A stretch of DNA of 64,000 bases from Geopsychrobacteraceae bacterium (GCA_963676795.2 CAXXTB010000002.1:1728001-1792000), one strand, 5' to 3'. Positions 30,862 through 41,810 are shown, counted from the stretch's first letter. Numbers and translations: made by a program. The notes: generated by a model from the sequence alone, not told the origin.

Positions 30862-31533
30862 ATGCCTCAGGTTGTCACCAAAATTGAGCGCGCAGCAGCT
30901 GAAATTGTCAAGGGCCTTGGTGAATGCGGTGTAGCCACGGTTCATGAAGCCCAGGGACGTAAAGGACTGCTCGCCAGCTACATGCGGCCGATTATTGAAG
31001 GAGCACAGATCGGCGCTTCGGCCGTCACTATCCTGGCCCCCCCGTGCGATAACTGGATGGTTCATGTCGCTGTTGAGCAGGTCCAGGCCGGTGACGTTCT
31101 GGTCCTGGCCACAACCTCCCCGTCCGATGCCGGTTATTTCGGTGACCTGCTGGCTACCTCGATGCAGGCGAGAGGCGGTGTCGGTCTGATTATCGATGCC
31201 GGAGTCCGTGATATCAAGGATCTGCGGGCGATGAACTTCCCGGTCTGGTCAAAGGCTGTTCATGCTCAAGGGACCGTCAAGGCCACCCTCGGTGATGTCA
31301 ATGTCCCGATCGTCTGCGCCGGGGCCCTGATAAACCCGGGCGATGTCATCGTCGCCGATGATGACGGCGTCTGCGTCGTGCGCCGGGAAGAAGCGGCTGA
31401 GGTTCTGGTCAAGGCGCGGGAACGGATGACCAAAGAGGAAGAAAAACGCAAGCGCCTCGCTGCCGGTGAACTTGGCCTTGATATCTACCAGATGCGCGAA
31501 CGACTGGAAAAAGAAGGGTTGAAATATGTCTAA
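30862..31533 (+). CDS. ligK: 4-carboxy-4-hydroxy-2-oxoadipate (HMG/CHA) aldolase
   Basis: [39 protein letters not shown]. Confidence 0.9.
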   Translation: MPQVVTKIERAAAEIVKGLGECGVATVHEAQGRKGLLASYMRPIIEGAQIGASAVTILAPPCDNWMVHVAVEQVQAGDVLVLATTSPSDAGYFGDLLATSMQARGGVGLIIDAGVRDIKDLRAMNFPVWSKAVHAQGTVKATLGDVNVPIVCAGALINPGDVIVADDDGVCVVRREEAAEVLVKARERMTKEEEKRKRLAAGELGLDIYQMRERLEKEGLKYV

Positions 31534-32584
31534 AGGTATTCGCTGCATGTGGATGCGCGGCGGCACCTCCAAAGGCGGCTATTTCCTGGTTGAGGACCTG
31601 CCGCAGGATTCTGCGGAACGTGACAGGGCATTGTTACGCATCATGGGCTCACCCGATCCGCGCCAGATTGACGGTATGGGCGGTTCCGACCCGCTGACCT
31701 CAAAGGTTGCCGTCGTCAAAAAGTCGCAACGCGACGGTATCGATGTCGACTACCTGTTCCTGCAGGTTTTTGTCGATCAGGCCATAGTCACCGACGCGCA
31801 GAACTGTGGCAACATCCTTGCCGGCATCGCTCCTTTTGCCATCGAACGCGGCCTGATCACTCCTGAAGGAGATGTCACTGAAGTCTCCATCTACATGGAA
31901 AACACCGGCCAGGTTGCTGTCGCCAGGGTGCAAACCCCGGACGGAACTGTGAGTTACCAGGGTGACGTCCGTATCGACGGCGTTCCGGGAAGTTCGGCGG
32001 CGATTCCGATCGAGTTCAAGGATACTGCAGGCTCCTCCTGCGGACAGCTGCTGCCAACCGGCCATGCTGTGGATCTGGTCCGGGGCGTCAACGTGACGAT
32101 GATAGACAACGGCATGCCCTGCGTTATTATGCGTGCCGAGGATTTCGGCATCAGTGGAGATGAATCACCTGAGGAACTGGAAAACAATCAAACTCTGCGT
32201 GACAAAGTCGAAAAGATCAGGTTAGAGTGTGGGCCACAGATGAACCTTGGCGACGTCACTGAAAAGTCAGTACCCAAAATGACCCTGGTCAGCAGAGCAA
32301 AACATGACGGCATTATCTCGACACGCACCTTCATTCCACATCGCTGTCACAAAACGATCGGCGTTCTCGGAGCTGTCAGTGTCGCAACGGCCTGTCTGCT
32401 GGAAGACAGTCCAGCTTTCGAACTGGCCAGACCGACAGCAGGACAGGAGCGGTCACTATCGATTGAGCATCCGACCGGCGAGATGACCGTCATTATCAAC
32501 CTCGATAAGAGCGGCCAGGTAGAACGTTCGGCAATCCTGCGCACCGCGCGCAAGTTGATGGATGGAGAGGTTTTCATCGACTGA
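31526..32584 (+). CDS. galD: 4-oxalomesaconate tautomerase (PrpF family)
   Basis: [42 protein letters not shown]. Confidence 0.88.
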   Translation: MSKGIRCMWMRGGTSKGGYFLVEDLPQDSAERDRALLRIMGSPDPRQIDGMGGSDPLTSKVAVVKKSQRDGIDVDYLFLQVFVDQAIVTDAQNCGNILAGIAPFAIERGLITPEGDVTEVSIYMENTGQVAVARVQTPDGTVSYQGDVRIDGVPGSSAAIPIEFKDTAGSSCGQLLPTGHAVDLVRGVNVTMIDNGMPCVIMRAEDFGISGDESPEELENNQTLRDKVEKIRLECGPQMNLGDVTEKSVPKMTLVSRAKHDGIISTRTFIPHRCHKTIGVLGAVSVATACLLEDSPAFELARPTAGQERSLSIEHPTGEMTVIINLDKSGQVERSAILRTARKLMDGEVFID

Positions 32585-32594
32585 GGGCTTATCG

Positions 32595-32621
32595 CAGGGG
32601 CGGCTTCACGCCCCTGTTTTT
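32595..32621 (+). terminator. Terminator between galD and tetR
   Basis: CAGGGGCG-GCTTCA-CGCCCCTG-TTTTT. Confidence 0.65.
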
Positions 32622-32637
32622 CAATGAAAGAAGGACA

Positions 32638-33300
32638 ATGGCCAGACCACTGCTGAAAACTTCGAGAGCCTCAAGAAACACCGCCATGGATATTCTCGAT
32701 GCTGCGGAGGAGCTAATCTCACTTCGTGGCTATGACGGTGTTTCCCTACGAGAAATCGCGAAAAAAGCCGAAGTCAGCCTGGGCAGCGTCACCTACTACT
32801 TCGAAACAAAAGAGAAGCTGCTGACCGCTATCTACGATCGCTATACCCAGCCGATGAACCAGCGCCGCATGGATCTGCTCGCCGAAGCCTTGCGCATCAG
32901 CAATCAGCAGGAGAAACTGCAGGCTATCGTCCGCGCCTATATCATTCCGACCTTCTCTTCAAAAGCCGATAATATTTCAGGCGGGGCGCGTTTCACCCGG
33001 ATTCGGGCCATGCTGTCGATGCAGGGCACCAAAGAGATCAAGGGCGTTATCGCCAAACAGTTCGACGAGATCCGTAACGCCTTTATCGACGCCTTTGTTG
33101 AATGCCTGCCGAACGCAGATCGGGAGTCGATCATCTGGCGAAGCCATTTCCTGCTCGGTTCGCTCTATTACACCCTGGTCAATGGCGAGCGGATCGAGTC
33201 ACTGACCAACGGATCGACCTCCGCGAGCGATCAGGACCGGGCTATTGAAGAGTTGACCAAGACCTTTGCCTGCGCCTTTCTGGACCTCAATCAGACCTGA
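32638..33300 (+). CDS. TetR/AcrR family regulator
   Basis: ILDAAEEL...GYDGVSLREIA..A.VSLGSVTYYFETKEKL. Confidence 0.93.
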   Translation: MARPLLKTSRASRNTAMDILDAAEELISLRGYDGVSLREIAKKAEVSLGSVTYYFETKEKLLTAIYDRYTQPMNQRRMDLLAEALRISNQQEKLQAIVRAYIIPTFSSKADNISGGARFTRIRAMLSMQGTKEIKGVIAKQFDEIRNAFIDAFVECLPNADRESIIWRSHFLLGSLYYTLVNGERIESLTNGSTSASDQDRAIEELTKTFACAFLDLNQT

Positions 33301-33344
33301 CCTGCCTCGCCCCGACAATCTCCAAACTGAACTTCAGACAGAGT

Positions 33345-33965
33345 TCAGGGGGCCAACCGCTCGATCTTCCATTCCCGGTGGTCGAGCAGAGTGTAGCGCA
33401 ACCGATCATGGAGGCGATGCTCTCCATCCTGCCAGAATTCAAACAGATCAGGGACAACGCGATAGCCTCCCCAGTGCCCCGGGCGCGGCACATCCTCCTG
33501 ATCAAACTTCTCGCATAACTGCTCAAACTCAGCCACCAGTTCGTCGCGACTGCTGATTACCTGGCTCTGGTATGAGGCGTAGGCGGACAGCTGGTTGCCA
33601 CGTGGACGTGAGGCAAAATAGGCATCGGACTCTTCAGCCGACAAACGTTCGGCCCGCCCTTCTATCCTGACCTGTCGTCCCAGAACTTCCCAATAGAACA
33701 GCAGTGCCGCAAAGGGATGGCAATCCAGATCCTGCGCTTTGCGGCTTTGATAATTGGTAAAGAAGACGAAGCCACGCTCACCGTAGCCACGCAGCAGGAC
33801 AACCCGTGAAGAGACCCTGCCCTGCCCACCGACCGTCGAGACGCTCATCGCCATCGGCAACTTCAGATCTGTCCGCTGGGTATCTTCAAACCAGAGACGG
33901 AACTGTTCAACAGGACTTTCTTTGAGCGCGGAGCGATGCAGCGGTTCATGCTGATAGAGTGACAT
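33345..33965 (-). CDS. pdxH: Pyridoxine/pyridoxamine 5'-phosphate oxidase
   Basis: RVVLL, FFTNYQSRK, RQVRIEG, EFWQ...RLHDR, ERLAP. Confidence 0.93.
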   Translation of the reverse strand: MSLYQHEPLHRSALKESPVEQFRLWFEDTQRTDLKLPMAMSVSTVGGQGRVSSRVVLLRGYGERGFVFFTNYQSRKAQDLDCHPFAALLFYWEVLGRQVRIEGRAERLSAEESDAYFASRPRGNQLSAYASYQSQVISSRDELVAEFEQLCEKFDQEDVPRPGHWGGYRVVPDLFEFWQDGEHRLHDRLRYTLLDHREWKIERLAP

Positions 33966-34183
33966 GGCAAGTCTCCTTTCAACCGTCCAACAGGGCCGAT
34001 TCATGACAAATTATCGACCATGATTAACATTCAGTGCAATCCCCTGCCATTACTCATGTCAAAAAATCAATAAACAACATCAAGAGCCGGCAACCAGTTA
34101 AATCTCCACCGGGCGTACTTGCTAAACAGCAAGCATTGGATAGCATTGAATGTGTCAACATCTAATCACAGGAGGCGGCTGTC

Positions 34184-35383
34184 ATGAGAAAATATATAGG
34201 TACGATCGGCATTCTCACCGGAGGTGGAGATGTTCCAGGCTTGAACCCGGCAATTCGCGCCATCACCGTTCGCGCCCTGCGCGAGGGCTACCGGGTCATC
34301 GGGATACGGCGTGGCTGGGCGGGATTGGTAGATCTCATCCCCGACCGCAAGGCAGATAACAGTAATAACGTCCAGGAACTGACGGAGGAACTGGTCAACC
34401 GCGCCGGGCGCACCGGAGGGACCTTTCTTCACACCTCGCGTACCCGTCCCAGCCACCTTCCGCACAGCAACGTCCCAGCGCATCTGAGTGATCTTTACAA
34501 GGACAAGATCAATGACGTGACCCCGGATGTGCTGAAGAACCTCGGTTTTCTCGGCATAGACACCCTGATCCCGATCGGTGGCGATGATACCTTGAGCTAC
34601 GGGCTGCGCCTGCACAAGGAGGGGATCAAGGTTATCGCCATCCCCAAGACCATGGACAACGATGTCCCGGGTACGGATTACTGCATCGGCTTTTCGACCT
34701 GCGTTACCCGCACCATCGAATTGACCCACCGCCTGCGAACCAGTGCCGGATCCCATGAACGTTTCCTGGTCCTCGAGGTCTTTGGCCGTTATGCCGGCTA
34801 TTCAGCCCTGCTGCCAACCATGGCTGGCGCCGCCGACCGCTGTGTCATTCCTGAATACCCTTTTGAAATCAATCACCTGGTGAAGCTTCTCAGTGAAGAC
34901 CGGATAAAACACCCAAGCAAGTATTCGGTCGTACTGGTTTCTGAAGGGGCGACCATGACCCACCATGAAGGGATGTTGTTTGAGGGGGAGGAAGCGGATC
35001 AATTTGGCCATAAAAAGCTAGGGGGGATCGGCGATCAGGTTGCCAGACAGTTAAAAGAACTGTCACCTAAGTATAACGCCGGGCGACAGATCAATGTTGT
35101 CAACCAGCGTCTCGGCTATCTGGTCCGCTGCGGCGACCCGGACGCCATGGATTCGATCGTACCGATGGCCTTCGGCAATCTGGCCCTCGACCTGATCCTC
35201 CAGGGAGCGTCCGGCCGTCTGGTCAGTTTGCGTAACGGCTGCTACGACAATGTGCCGATCGATGTTGTGACGGGCAGAAAAAAAATGGTTGATGTCGGCA
35301 AGTATTACAACACCAAGAGGTTGCGGCCGATCTATGAATCATTTTTACGGCAACCCCTCTTTGTCATGACCAGCGATATCTAA
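34184..35383 (+). CDS. pfk: Phosphofructokinase (PfkA family, PPi-type signature)
   Basis: TGGGDVPGLN, GGDDT, PKTMDND, EVFGR. Confidence 0.9.
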   Translation: MRKYIGTIGILTGGGDVPGLNPAIRAITVRALREGYRVIGIRRGWAGLVDLIPDRKADNSNNVQELTEELVNRAGRTGGTFLHTSRTRPSHLPHSNVPAHLSDLYKDKINDVTPDVLKNLGFLGIDTLIPIGGDDTLSYGLRLHKEGIKVIAIPKTMDNDVPGTDYCIGFSTCVTRTIELTHRLRTSAGSHERFLVLEVFGRYAGYSALLPTMAGAADRCVIPEYPFEINHLVKLLSEDRIKHPSKYSVVLVSEGATMTHHEGMLFEGEEADQFGHKKLGGIGDQVARQLKELSPKYNAGRQINVVNQRLGYLVRCGDPDAMDSIVPMAFGNLALDLILQGASGRLVSLRNGCYDNVPIDVVTGRKKMVDVGKYYNTKRLRPIYESFLRQPLFVMTSDI

Positions 35384-35417
35384 CCAATTTTTCCGCAACA
35401 AATAAAACCGTACAATG

Positions 35418-35452
35418 AACAAGGCCACCGGCATTGCCGGTGGCCTTGTTTT
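35418..35452. terminator. Bidirectional terminator
   Basis: AACAAGGCCACCGGCA/TGCCGGTGGCCTTGTT between convergent genes. Confidence 0.75.
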
Positions 35453-35542
35453 GCTCCGCTAAGCGAATAAACAGAATTCAGCGCTATCCGTCTTCGGCTC
35501 CAGTTTGTAATTCCAGCTGGTTAGTCATCGGCAACGCCAAGC

Positions 35543-35917
35543 TCACGGCACGTTGAAATCAAATCTGACATGACAGGGCAGACAGAAGTTCTCTGACTTC
35601 TGATGCTGATGATGACAGAGATTACAATCGGTCTCGGTTGAGTAGTGGCGATTCTTGTGCGGATTGGTCGGTTTGAGATCGGCTGTCTCTTCAGCCAATG
35701 CGGCCGTATCATGACATTCCAGGCATTTGATCATGGGTACTGCCGACCTTTGATCGGTACCCGCATGACAATCGTCGCAGGTTACTTCGTTGTCGGCATG
35801 TATGGCATCCAACTGTTGATCAGCAGCCATAACGGCACTTGCCGTACTGGCGCCCAGAAAGATGGTCAATGCCATAGCAAACAAGAACTTAGGCATGTGC
35901 AAAGTTTTCGTTTTCAT
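35543..35917 (-). CDS. Tetraheme cytochrome c (flavocytochrome c heme subunit)
   Basis: Signal peptide; CDDCH, CLECH, CNLCH, CLPCH; NPH motif. Confidence 0.9.
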   Translation of the reverse strand: MKTKTLHMPKFLFAMALTIFLGASTASAVMAADQQLDAIHADNEVTCDDCHAGTDQRSAVPMIKCLECHDTAALAEETADLKPTNPHKNRHYSTETDCNLCHHQHQKSENFCLPCHVRFDFNVP

Positions 35918-35991
35918 TATGTCTCCCATCATAAATAGCGTAGTGAAACGGTCTCGAGCGTCTCATCGTTAACAATCTCTTTCCGGGTTGT

Positions 35992-37685
35992 TTAAAGCTT
36001 AGCCACACGCTTACCGGTCATATAGCCAAAGGTGTAGCATCTTCCCAGCGACAAGCCGAAAACGGTCAGTGGGTAATCGACCCCCCCATAGAAACCGCCA
36101 CCGAGATTGCCGACAATATACAAGCCCTTGATGGGCTGACCGTCGGCATCCAGGGCCTGATGGTGCTCGTTGACCAGCATCCCGGAACACAGCGTTGAAA
36201 TTCGCACTCTGCGGTGTATCCCGTAAAAGGGTGCTTTTTCAACCGGAACCATTTTATCAGCGGGCTTGCCGAAATCGTCATCCTTGCCCGATTTACAGAG
36301 TTCATTGTAGCGCTTGACGCTTGCGACGAAGGTTTTTGGATCACACTGCAGCTTTCTGGCCAGCTCCTCCAGGCTATCTGCAACGTGGGTATTGGTCTGA
36401 GACGGGTAGACGCCATGCTTGGGTGACGGGTCATCCGGCATGTAATTTTTCAATCCCTCAGGCGGGATAAGCTTGCCCGGCCACTTTGCGGCCGTCGTCA
36501 TATAGTCTGCATCGAAAATCTGTGAATAGTGACCGGCGTTTTCGGCATCACGCAGATAGTTGTTCAGCAATGACATGGCAACAGTCTCGTTGACGAAACG
36601 CTCCCCCTTGCGATTGACAGCCAAAAATGGCATGTCGCACATCGAGGCCGGACCGGCATCGAAGTCATGCAGCATCTTGGTATGACCTAGCGGTTCAATA
36701 ACGCCTCCGGCCCAATAGGCCATGGCAAATCCATCCCGGTCCGATCCATCTGTTTACGCCCAAAGTTCCTCAGGTCGGGGATGAAAAAGTTACACATCGC
36801 TTCGTTGTTCTGGTAATCGCCAGTCGCCAGGATGACCCCTTTCTTAGCCATGAACTTGACGTACTTACCATCCCTGCCTTTGGCAATGACACCGATAACC
36901 TGCCCGCGACTATCCTGCACCAGCTGACTGGCTGGCATATTGAAGAAGAACTGCACCCCTGCTTTGACCGCCGTATTTCCCAGTGCGCGCATGCCATCGC
37001 CAGTGGTATAGGGCTTCGGCCCGAAAAAGGAGGTGACATAATTGAGCGTATAGCCGTTGACATTGCGTATGGCAAACTGTGGTCCACTCCCCTGGTCGAC
37101 GACAGTCGCGCCCCCCTTTTTGGCCCGGTCGATGACCCATTTCACGGCCTCTCCCGAATTGTAAGCCCAGGATCTGAGCAGCGCCGGGTTACAGCGATGG
37201 TTATTGTCATTATTGAGGAGCGAAACCAGGGCTTCGACACCGGCCTTGTCACTGGTGGCCAGATCAATGCCGGAACCGGTATTCCCCTGAGAAACGATGG
37301 TCGGATGCTTCTGGATGACAGCGACCTTGGCACCATTCTCCGCTGCGGAAAGAGCGGCAGGAACCCCTGAGGCGCCAGCGCCGACAACAAGGACATCAAA
37401 AGTCTTTGTCGCCGAGATATCCTTTTCTGCAATCACTTCCGGTTTGGGCATGAATTCAAGGGTTGCACCACCGTCAGAACTTTTTGCGTAGGCGGTGCAC
37501 CTGGCTGGCTCGGCCGCTTCAGCTTTTTTACCTGTGCCGCCCATGCCGCTCAGCACCATGGCGCCGACACCGGCAGTCCCTACCACGGCCCGCGATAGAA
37601 AACTTCGCCTTGAAAATCCGTTTTGCAGCACATTGGCAGTGTATTGCTCTCCTGCTTTCTCTTCCGGGGTAATCTCTTTATCCAT
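35992..37685 (-). pseudogene. Tat-exported FAD-dependent oxidoreductase (flavocytochrome c/fumarate-reductase-like), frameshifted
   Basis: SRRSFL Tat motif, VVGAGASG, LATGD; split into two ORFs at about 36735, where adding one G restores RTGDGFAM; may be a sequencing error. Confidence 0.8.
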
Positions 37686-37943
37686 CCCTTTTTCTCCTTT
37701 TTCGTCGAGATAAAGAATGCTCATAAAAGGCAACACCAACCTGGTGCTGCCAAAACCAAGTGCAGGTCAGTAAAAGCACAATTTTTCGGATTTTCTACGC
37801 ACAGGCACTAAATAAATAGATGTCGGATTGTTGAAAATTTTATCACATCGGTACCATAAAACAATTGGCTCACTGTCGAAACCTTAGCAAAGGCCTCGAC
37901 CTTTCCTCTTGCAGCATTAGCACGACTGATTTACCTTCTGGCC

Positions 37944-40445
37944 ATGAGTACACTGCCCATCGATCAAATCCTGCCGGATCTGTGTCACGCCCTGTCACAG
38001 CATAGCGCCGTTGTTCTTCAGGCATCCCCCGGAGCCGGTAAGACCACGCGGGTTCCGCTGGTCCTGCTCGAACAACCCTGGCTTGCCGGCAAAACTGTTT
38101 TGATGCTGCAACCGAGGCGCCTGGCAGCCCGCCACGCGGCTGAATACATGGCGGCGCAGCTGGGGGAAAAGGTCGGCAAGAGAATCGGCTACAGCATCCG
38201 CTTTGAACGCAAGAGTTCGCAGGAAACCAGGATAGAGATCGTGACCGAGGGGATCCTGACCCGGCGTCTGCAATCCGATCCGGTATTATCTGGCGTCGGT
38301 TTGGTGATCTTTGACGAGTTCCATGAACGCAATATCAACTCCGATCTGGCCCTGGCCCTCTGCCGGGACGCCCAGCTCGCCCTGCGCGAGGATCTCAAGC
38401 TGCTAGTCATGTCGGCAACCCTTGATGCCGGGCCGCTCTCGGCGCTGCTCAATCATTGTCCGGTCCTGACCAGCCCAGGTCGCTCTTTTCCGGTGGAAAC
38501 CCGTTACCTTCCGCAACCAACCGGGCGCAGCAGCGCTGAGAGCGTTGCCGCCGCTGTCAGAACGGCATTGACAGAGAGTGACGGAGACGTTCTGGCCTTT
38601 TTACCCGGAGCCGGAGAAATTCACCGCTGTGCCGGGCTGCTGTCAGGGCTGACCGGCGTTGATATCCGTCCCTTGTTTGGTGGCATGCCCTTCGCCGAGC
38701 AGCGGCTGGCCATAGAACCCGGTAATAACCGGCGCGTCGTGCTCGCCACCAATATCGCTGAAACCAGCCTGACAATCGAGGGAATCACCACGGTCATCGA
38801 CAGTGGCTGGGAACGCCGCCCCCGCTTCGATGTCGGCAGCGGTCTGACCCGGCTTGAGCTGAAACGGATTTCCGTCGCCAGTGCCACTCAGCGCCAGGGG
38901 CGCGCCGGTCGTCTGCGCCCCGGAACCTGCTACCGGCTGTGGAGTGAAGGGCAACAGGCCGAACTCCTGCCCCAGGCCCCTCCAGAGATTCGCAGTGCCG
39001 ATCTGGCAGCGCTGCTGCTTGAACTGGCCTGTTGGGGCGAAACTGTCCCGGAACGCCTGACCTGGCTCGACCCGCCCTCTCCCGCTCATCTGCGCCAGGC
39101 CAGAGAGCTACTCCAGGAATTAACCGCACTGGACGAAGGAGGAAAACCAACCAGACTGGGACAGCGGATGGTTCGCATGCCACTGTCGCCACGCCTGGCC
39201 CGCCTGGTTCTGGCCGCTGAAGAGGATCATTCAGCAGCGCTGGGATGTGAGCTCGCGGCCCTGCTCAGTGAACGGGATCTGGTGCCGAGCTCCACAGTGC
39301 CGGCAACCACGGACTGCGACCTCGAAACCTGTTGGCGACTGTTACAGCGCCAGCCTCTGGCGGATGGCGCCAGAGCAGTCCTGCGCGTTGCAGAAGATCT
39401 GCGCCGCAGCATGAGCGCAGGTGCAACAGCAACAGCCTGGCCGACAAATCACAGCATGGTTCAACGCTGGCTGGCCCTTGCCTGGCCCGACCGCATCGGC
39501 CGCCAGCGCGATGCCGGTTCAGATCGCTATCTGCTAAGCTCCGGATGCGGAGCGGTATTGTCAGCTCGTAGCGGCCTGCAGCGACCAGCGTTCCTGGTCG
39601 CACTTGAAATGAGCCAGCGTAACGATCAGACCGAAATCATTGTCGCATCGACCCTGGAACGCTCATTACTGGAAGAGATATTTGCCGCCAGGTTACAACC
39701 ACGCCGTCAGGTCCGCTGGGACAGGCGCGAGGAACGCGTCATCGCCAGCGAGGTGGTTGCCCTGGGTTCACTTGTTCTGAGTGAACGCCCGGTCAAGGCG
39801 ACACAGGACGAACAGCTTCAGGGCGCCCTGGAGGGGCTCAGAGAGATCGGTCTCGAGCGACTGAACTGGTCCCCTGAAGCTCTGCAACTGCGCGCCAGGG
39901 TCGCCCGCTGCGCCACCATCTATCCCCTGGACGGCTGGCCCGACCTGAGTTTCTCCGCATTAACCATACAGCTTGATGAATGGCTGGGCCATTATCTGAC
40001 AGGTATCACCACCCGGGCAGACCTGGAACGTTTTGACCCACACAGGACATTAGTAAATCTGCTCCCATGGGAACTCCAGGCGCGGCTCGATAAGTTGACC
40101 CCTGAACGGATCGAAATCCCGAGCGGATCGCGCATCCGCATCGACTACAGTGTCGAAGGTCCTCCACTCCTGGCCGCCAAGCTCCAGGAACTGTTCGGTC
40201 TGCAACAGTCCCCGACAGTTCTGGATGGTCGGATACCATTACTGATCCACCTCCTCTCCCCGGCGGGTCGGCCTCTGGCGGTAACCCAGGATCTGCGTCA
40301 CTTCTGGGATCACGTCTACCCGGAAATTCGCAAAGAGATGCGCGGCCGTTATCCCAAGCACCCCTGGCCGGAAGATCCCTGGAACGCCCAGGCCACGGCC
40401 AAAACCCGGAAGTCATTACAAAAGTCCAGGCAGGACGACAGCTAA
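37944..40445 (+). CDS. hrpB: ATP-dependent helicase HrpB
   Basis: GAGKTT, DEFHER, MSAT, ATNIAETS, QRQGRAGR, C-terminal GRYPKHPWP. Confidence 0.95.
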   Translation: MSTLPIDQILPDLCHALSQHSAVVLQASPGAGKTTRVPLVLLEQPWLAGKTVLMLQPRRLAARHAAEYMAAQLGEKVGKRIGYSIRFERKSSQETRIEIVTEGILTRRLQSDPVLSGVGLVIFDEFHERNINSDLALALCRDAQLALREDLKLLVMSATLDAGPLSALLNHCPVLTSPGRSFPVETRYLPQPTGRSSAESVAAAVRTALTESDGDVLAFLPGAGEIHRCAGLLSGLTGVDIRPLFGGMPFAEQRLAIEPGNNRRVVLATNIAETSLTIEGITTVIDSGWERRPRFDVGSGLTRLELKRISVASATQRQGRAGRLRPGTCYRLWSEGQQAELLPQAPPEIRSADLAALLLELACWGETVPERLTWLDPPSPAHLRQARELLQELTALDEGGKPTRLGQRMVRMPLSPRLARLVLAAEEDHSAALGCELAALLSERDLVPSSTVPATTDCDLETCWRLLQRQPLADGARAVLRVAEDLRRSMSAGATATAWPTNHSMVQRWLALAWPDRIGRQRDAGSDRYLLSSGCGAVLSARSGLQRPAFLVALEMSQRNDQTEIIVASTLERSLLEEIFAARLQPRRQVRWDRREERVIASEVVALGSLVLSERPVKATQDEQLQGALEGLREIGLERLNWSPEALQLRARVARCATIYPLDGWPDLSFSALTIQLDEWLGHYLTGITTRADLERFDPHRTLVNLLPWELQARLDKLTPERIEIPSGSRIRIDYSVEGPPLLAAKLQELFGLQQSPTVLDGRIPLLIHLLSPAGRPLAVTQDLRHFWDHVYPEIRKEMRGRYPKHPWPEDPWNAQATAKTRKSLQKSRQDDS

Positions 40446-40628
40446 TCCGCAAAACTGCGGGTCGGGAAGGCAACCCGACCGGAGGGATTAGAGCCACCGC
40501 TGGGAAGAGTATGATAAACGATGCTCCTGAACCTGACATTCGACTATACGATTCAGGGACCCCATCCACTTGTAAAACTGGTAATCGATGAAATACTTTC
40601 ACTGACACCATCAGTCCCCGGGAGGAGC

Positions 40629-41810
40629 ATGACAGAGCATAACTCATTTCTGCTGTCTGCCGTAGAATCCTCAGCAGATGCTATCATCGCCCTGACCCCG
40701 GATGGCCACATTGCCTATTGCAACCCGGCAGTGGAAGCCATCTATGGATATTCGGGCCAGGAGCTCATCGGTCGATCTGTAACCTGTCTGTCCCTGCCGG
40801 AGCGGGCTGACGAAATACCGCTGATCCTCAACCGGATTCTCAACGGTGAAAGGGTCCGCCACTTCCAGACCATCCACCTGAATAAAAGCGGAACATCCGT
40901 CCCTGTCTCCCTCTCGATCTCACCGATCATTAACAGCGCAGAACAGATTGTCGGCGCGTCATTCATTTCCCGCGACCTGAGTCACCAGATGTCATTCAAG
41001 CTGACCCTGCATGAAACAGCCCAGCGCTACGAGAAACTCAAAACCTCCCTGGAGCTGGCCCAGCATGTCCAAAAACGCTTATTACCCTGCGATGCTGCTC
41101 TCACAGACGATCTGGATATCTGTGCCCGCACTCACTATTGTGAAGATCTGGGAGGAGACTATTATGATTTCTTTTCACTGCCTGGACAGAAAGAGAAGAT
41201 TCTGCGACTTGCCGTGGGGGATGTCTCGGGCCATGGAACGGCAGCAGCGCTACTGATGGCCATGGCCAAGGGCGCACTACAGGCCGAAATCGAACACTCT
41301 CCGGATAATCTCGTCGAAGTTCTGAGGCGCTTGAACCGCTTTTTCTATCAGGATACGGGATCAGAAGGAATGTTCATGACACTTTTCCTGGCCCGCCTGG
41401 ATGTCCGGGCGATGGAACTGAACTGGTGCTCAGCCGGTCAGGGGCCCGTCTATGTCTATCATCCGCAGGAGCAGTATTTTGAAGAGCTCGACAGTACCGG
41501 CACCCCGCTCGGCGTCCTCCCCGACGATGCCTACAGTTCGAGGTCAAAACGTTTGGCGCCCGAAGATATCCTGATTGTCGGAACCGACGGTCTTTGGGAA
41601 GCTCGCAATAGCCAGGGAGAAATGTTCTCTATCGAACGTTTCCGTCAACTTCTGGCGACCTGGCACCATAAAACAGCGGCGGAGATCTGTACCCAGATGC
41701 TTGCCAGGGTTCAGAGCTTTACTGCCAACCAACAACTCAACGATGACATCAGCCTGGTTATCGTGAAAATCCCTCCAGCTCCCCTGCTTTTAGCTTCAGA
41801 CCTGAGCTGA
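40629..41810 (+). CDS. PAS-domain PP2C/SpoIIE (RsbU-like) phosphatase
   Basis: PAS N-terminus; GGDYYD, GDVSGHG, TDGL.E, DDIS; GGAGGAG RBS. Confidence 0.9.
   Translation: MTEHNSFLLSAVESSADAIIALTPDGHIAYCNPAVEAIYGYSGQELIGRSVTCLSLPERADEIPLILNRILNGERVRHFQTIHLNKSGTSVPVSLSISPIINSAEQIVGASFISRDLSHQMSFKLTLHETAQRYEKLKTSLELAQHVQKRLLPCDAALTDDLDICARTHYCEDLGGDYYDFFSLPGQKEKILRLAVGDVSGHGTAAALLMAMAKGALQAEIEHSPDNLVEVLRRLNRFFYQDTGSEGMFMTLFLARLDVRAMELNWCSAGQGPVYVYHPQEQYFEELDSTGTPLGVLPDDAYSSRSKRLAPEDILIVGTDGLWEARNSQGEMFSIERFRQLLATWHHKTAAEICTQMLARVQSFTANQQLNDDISLVIVKIPPAPLLLASDLS

Noticed and set aside
24310..33344. A formally bounded genomic island at tRNA-Leu
   Set aside because: No integrase and no duplicated tRNA-Leu 3' end found; acquisition remains an inference
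40443..40510. c-di-GMP/c-GAMP (GEMM-I) riboswitch
   Set aside because: Lacks the GNRA-capped P2 and receptor arrangement; kept only as a low-score structure
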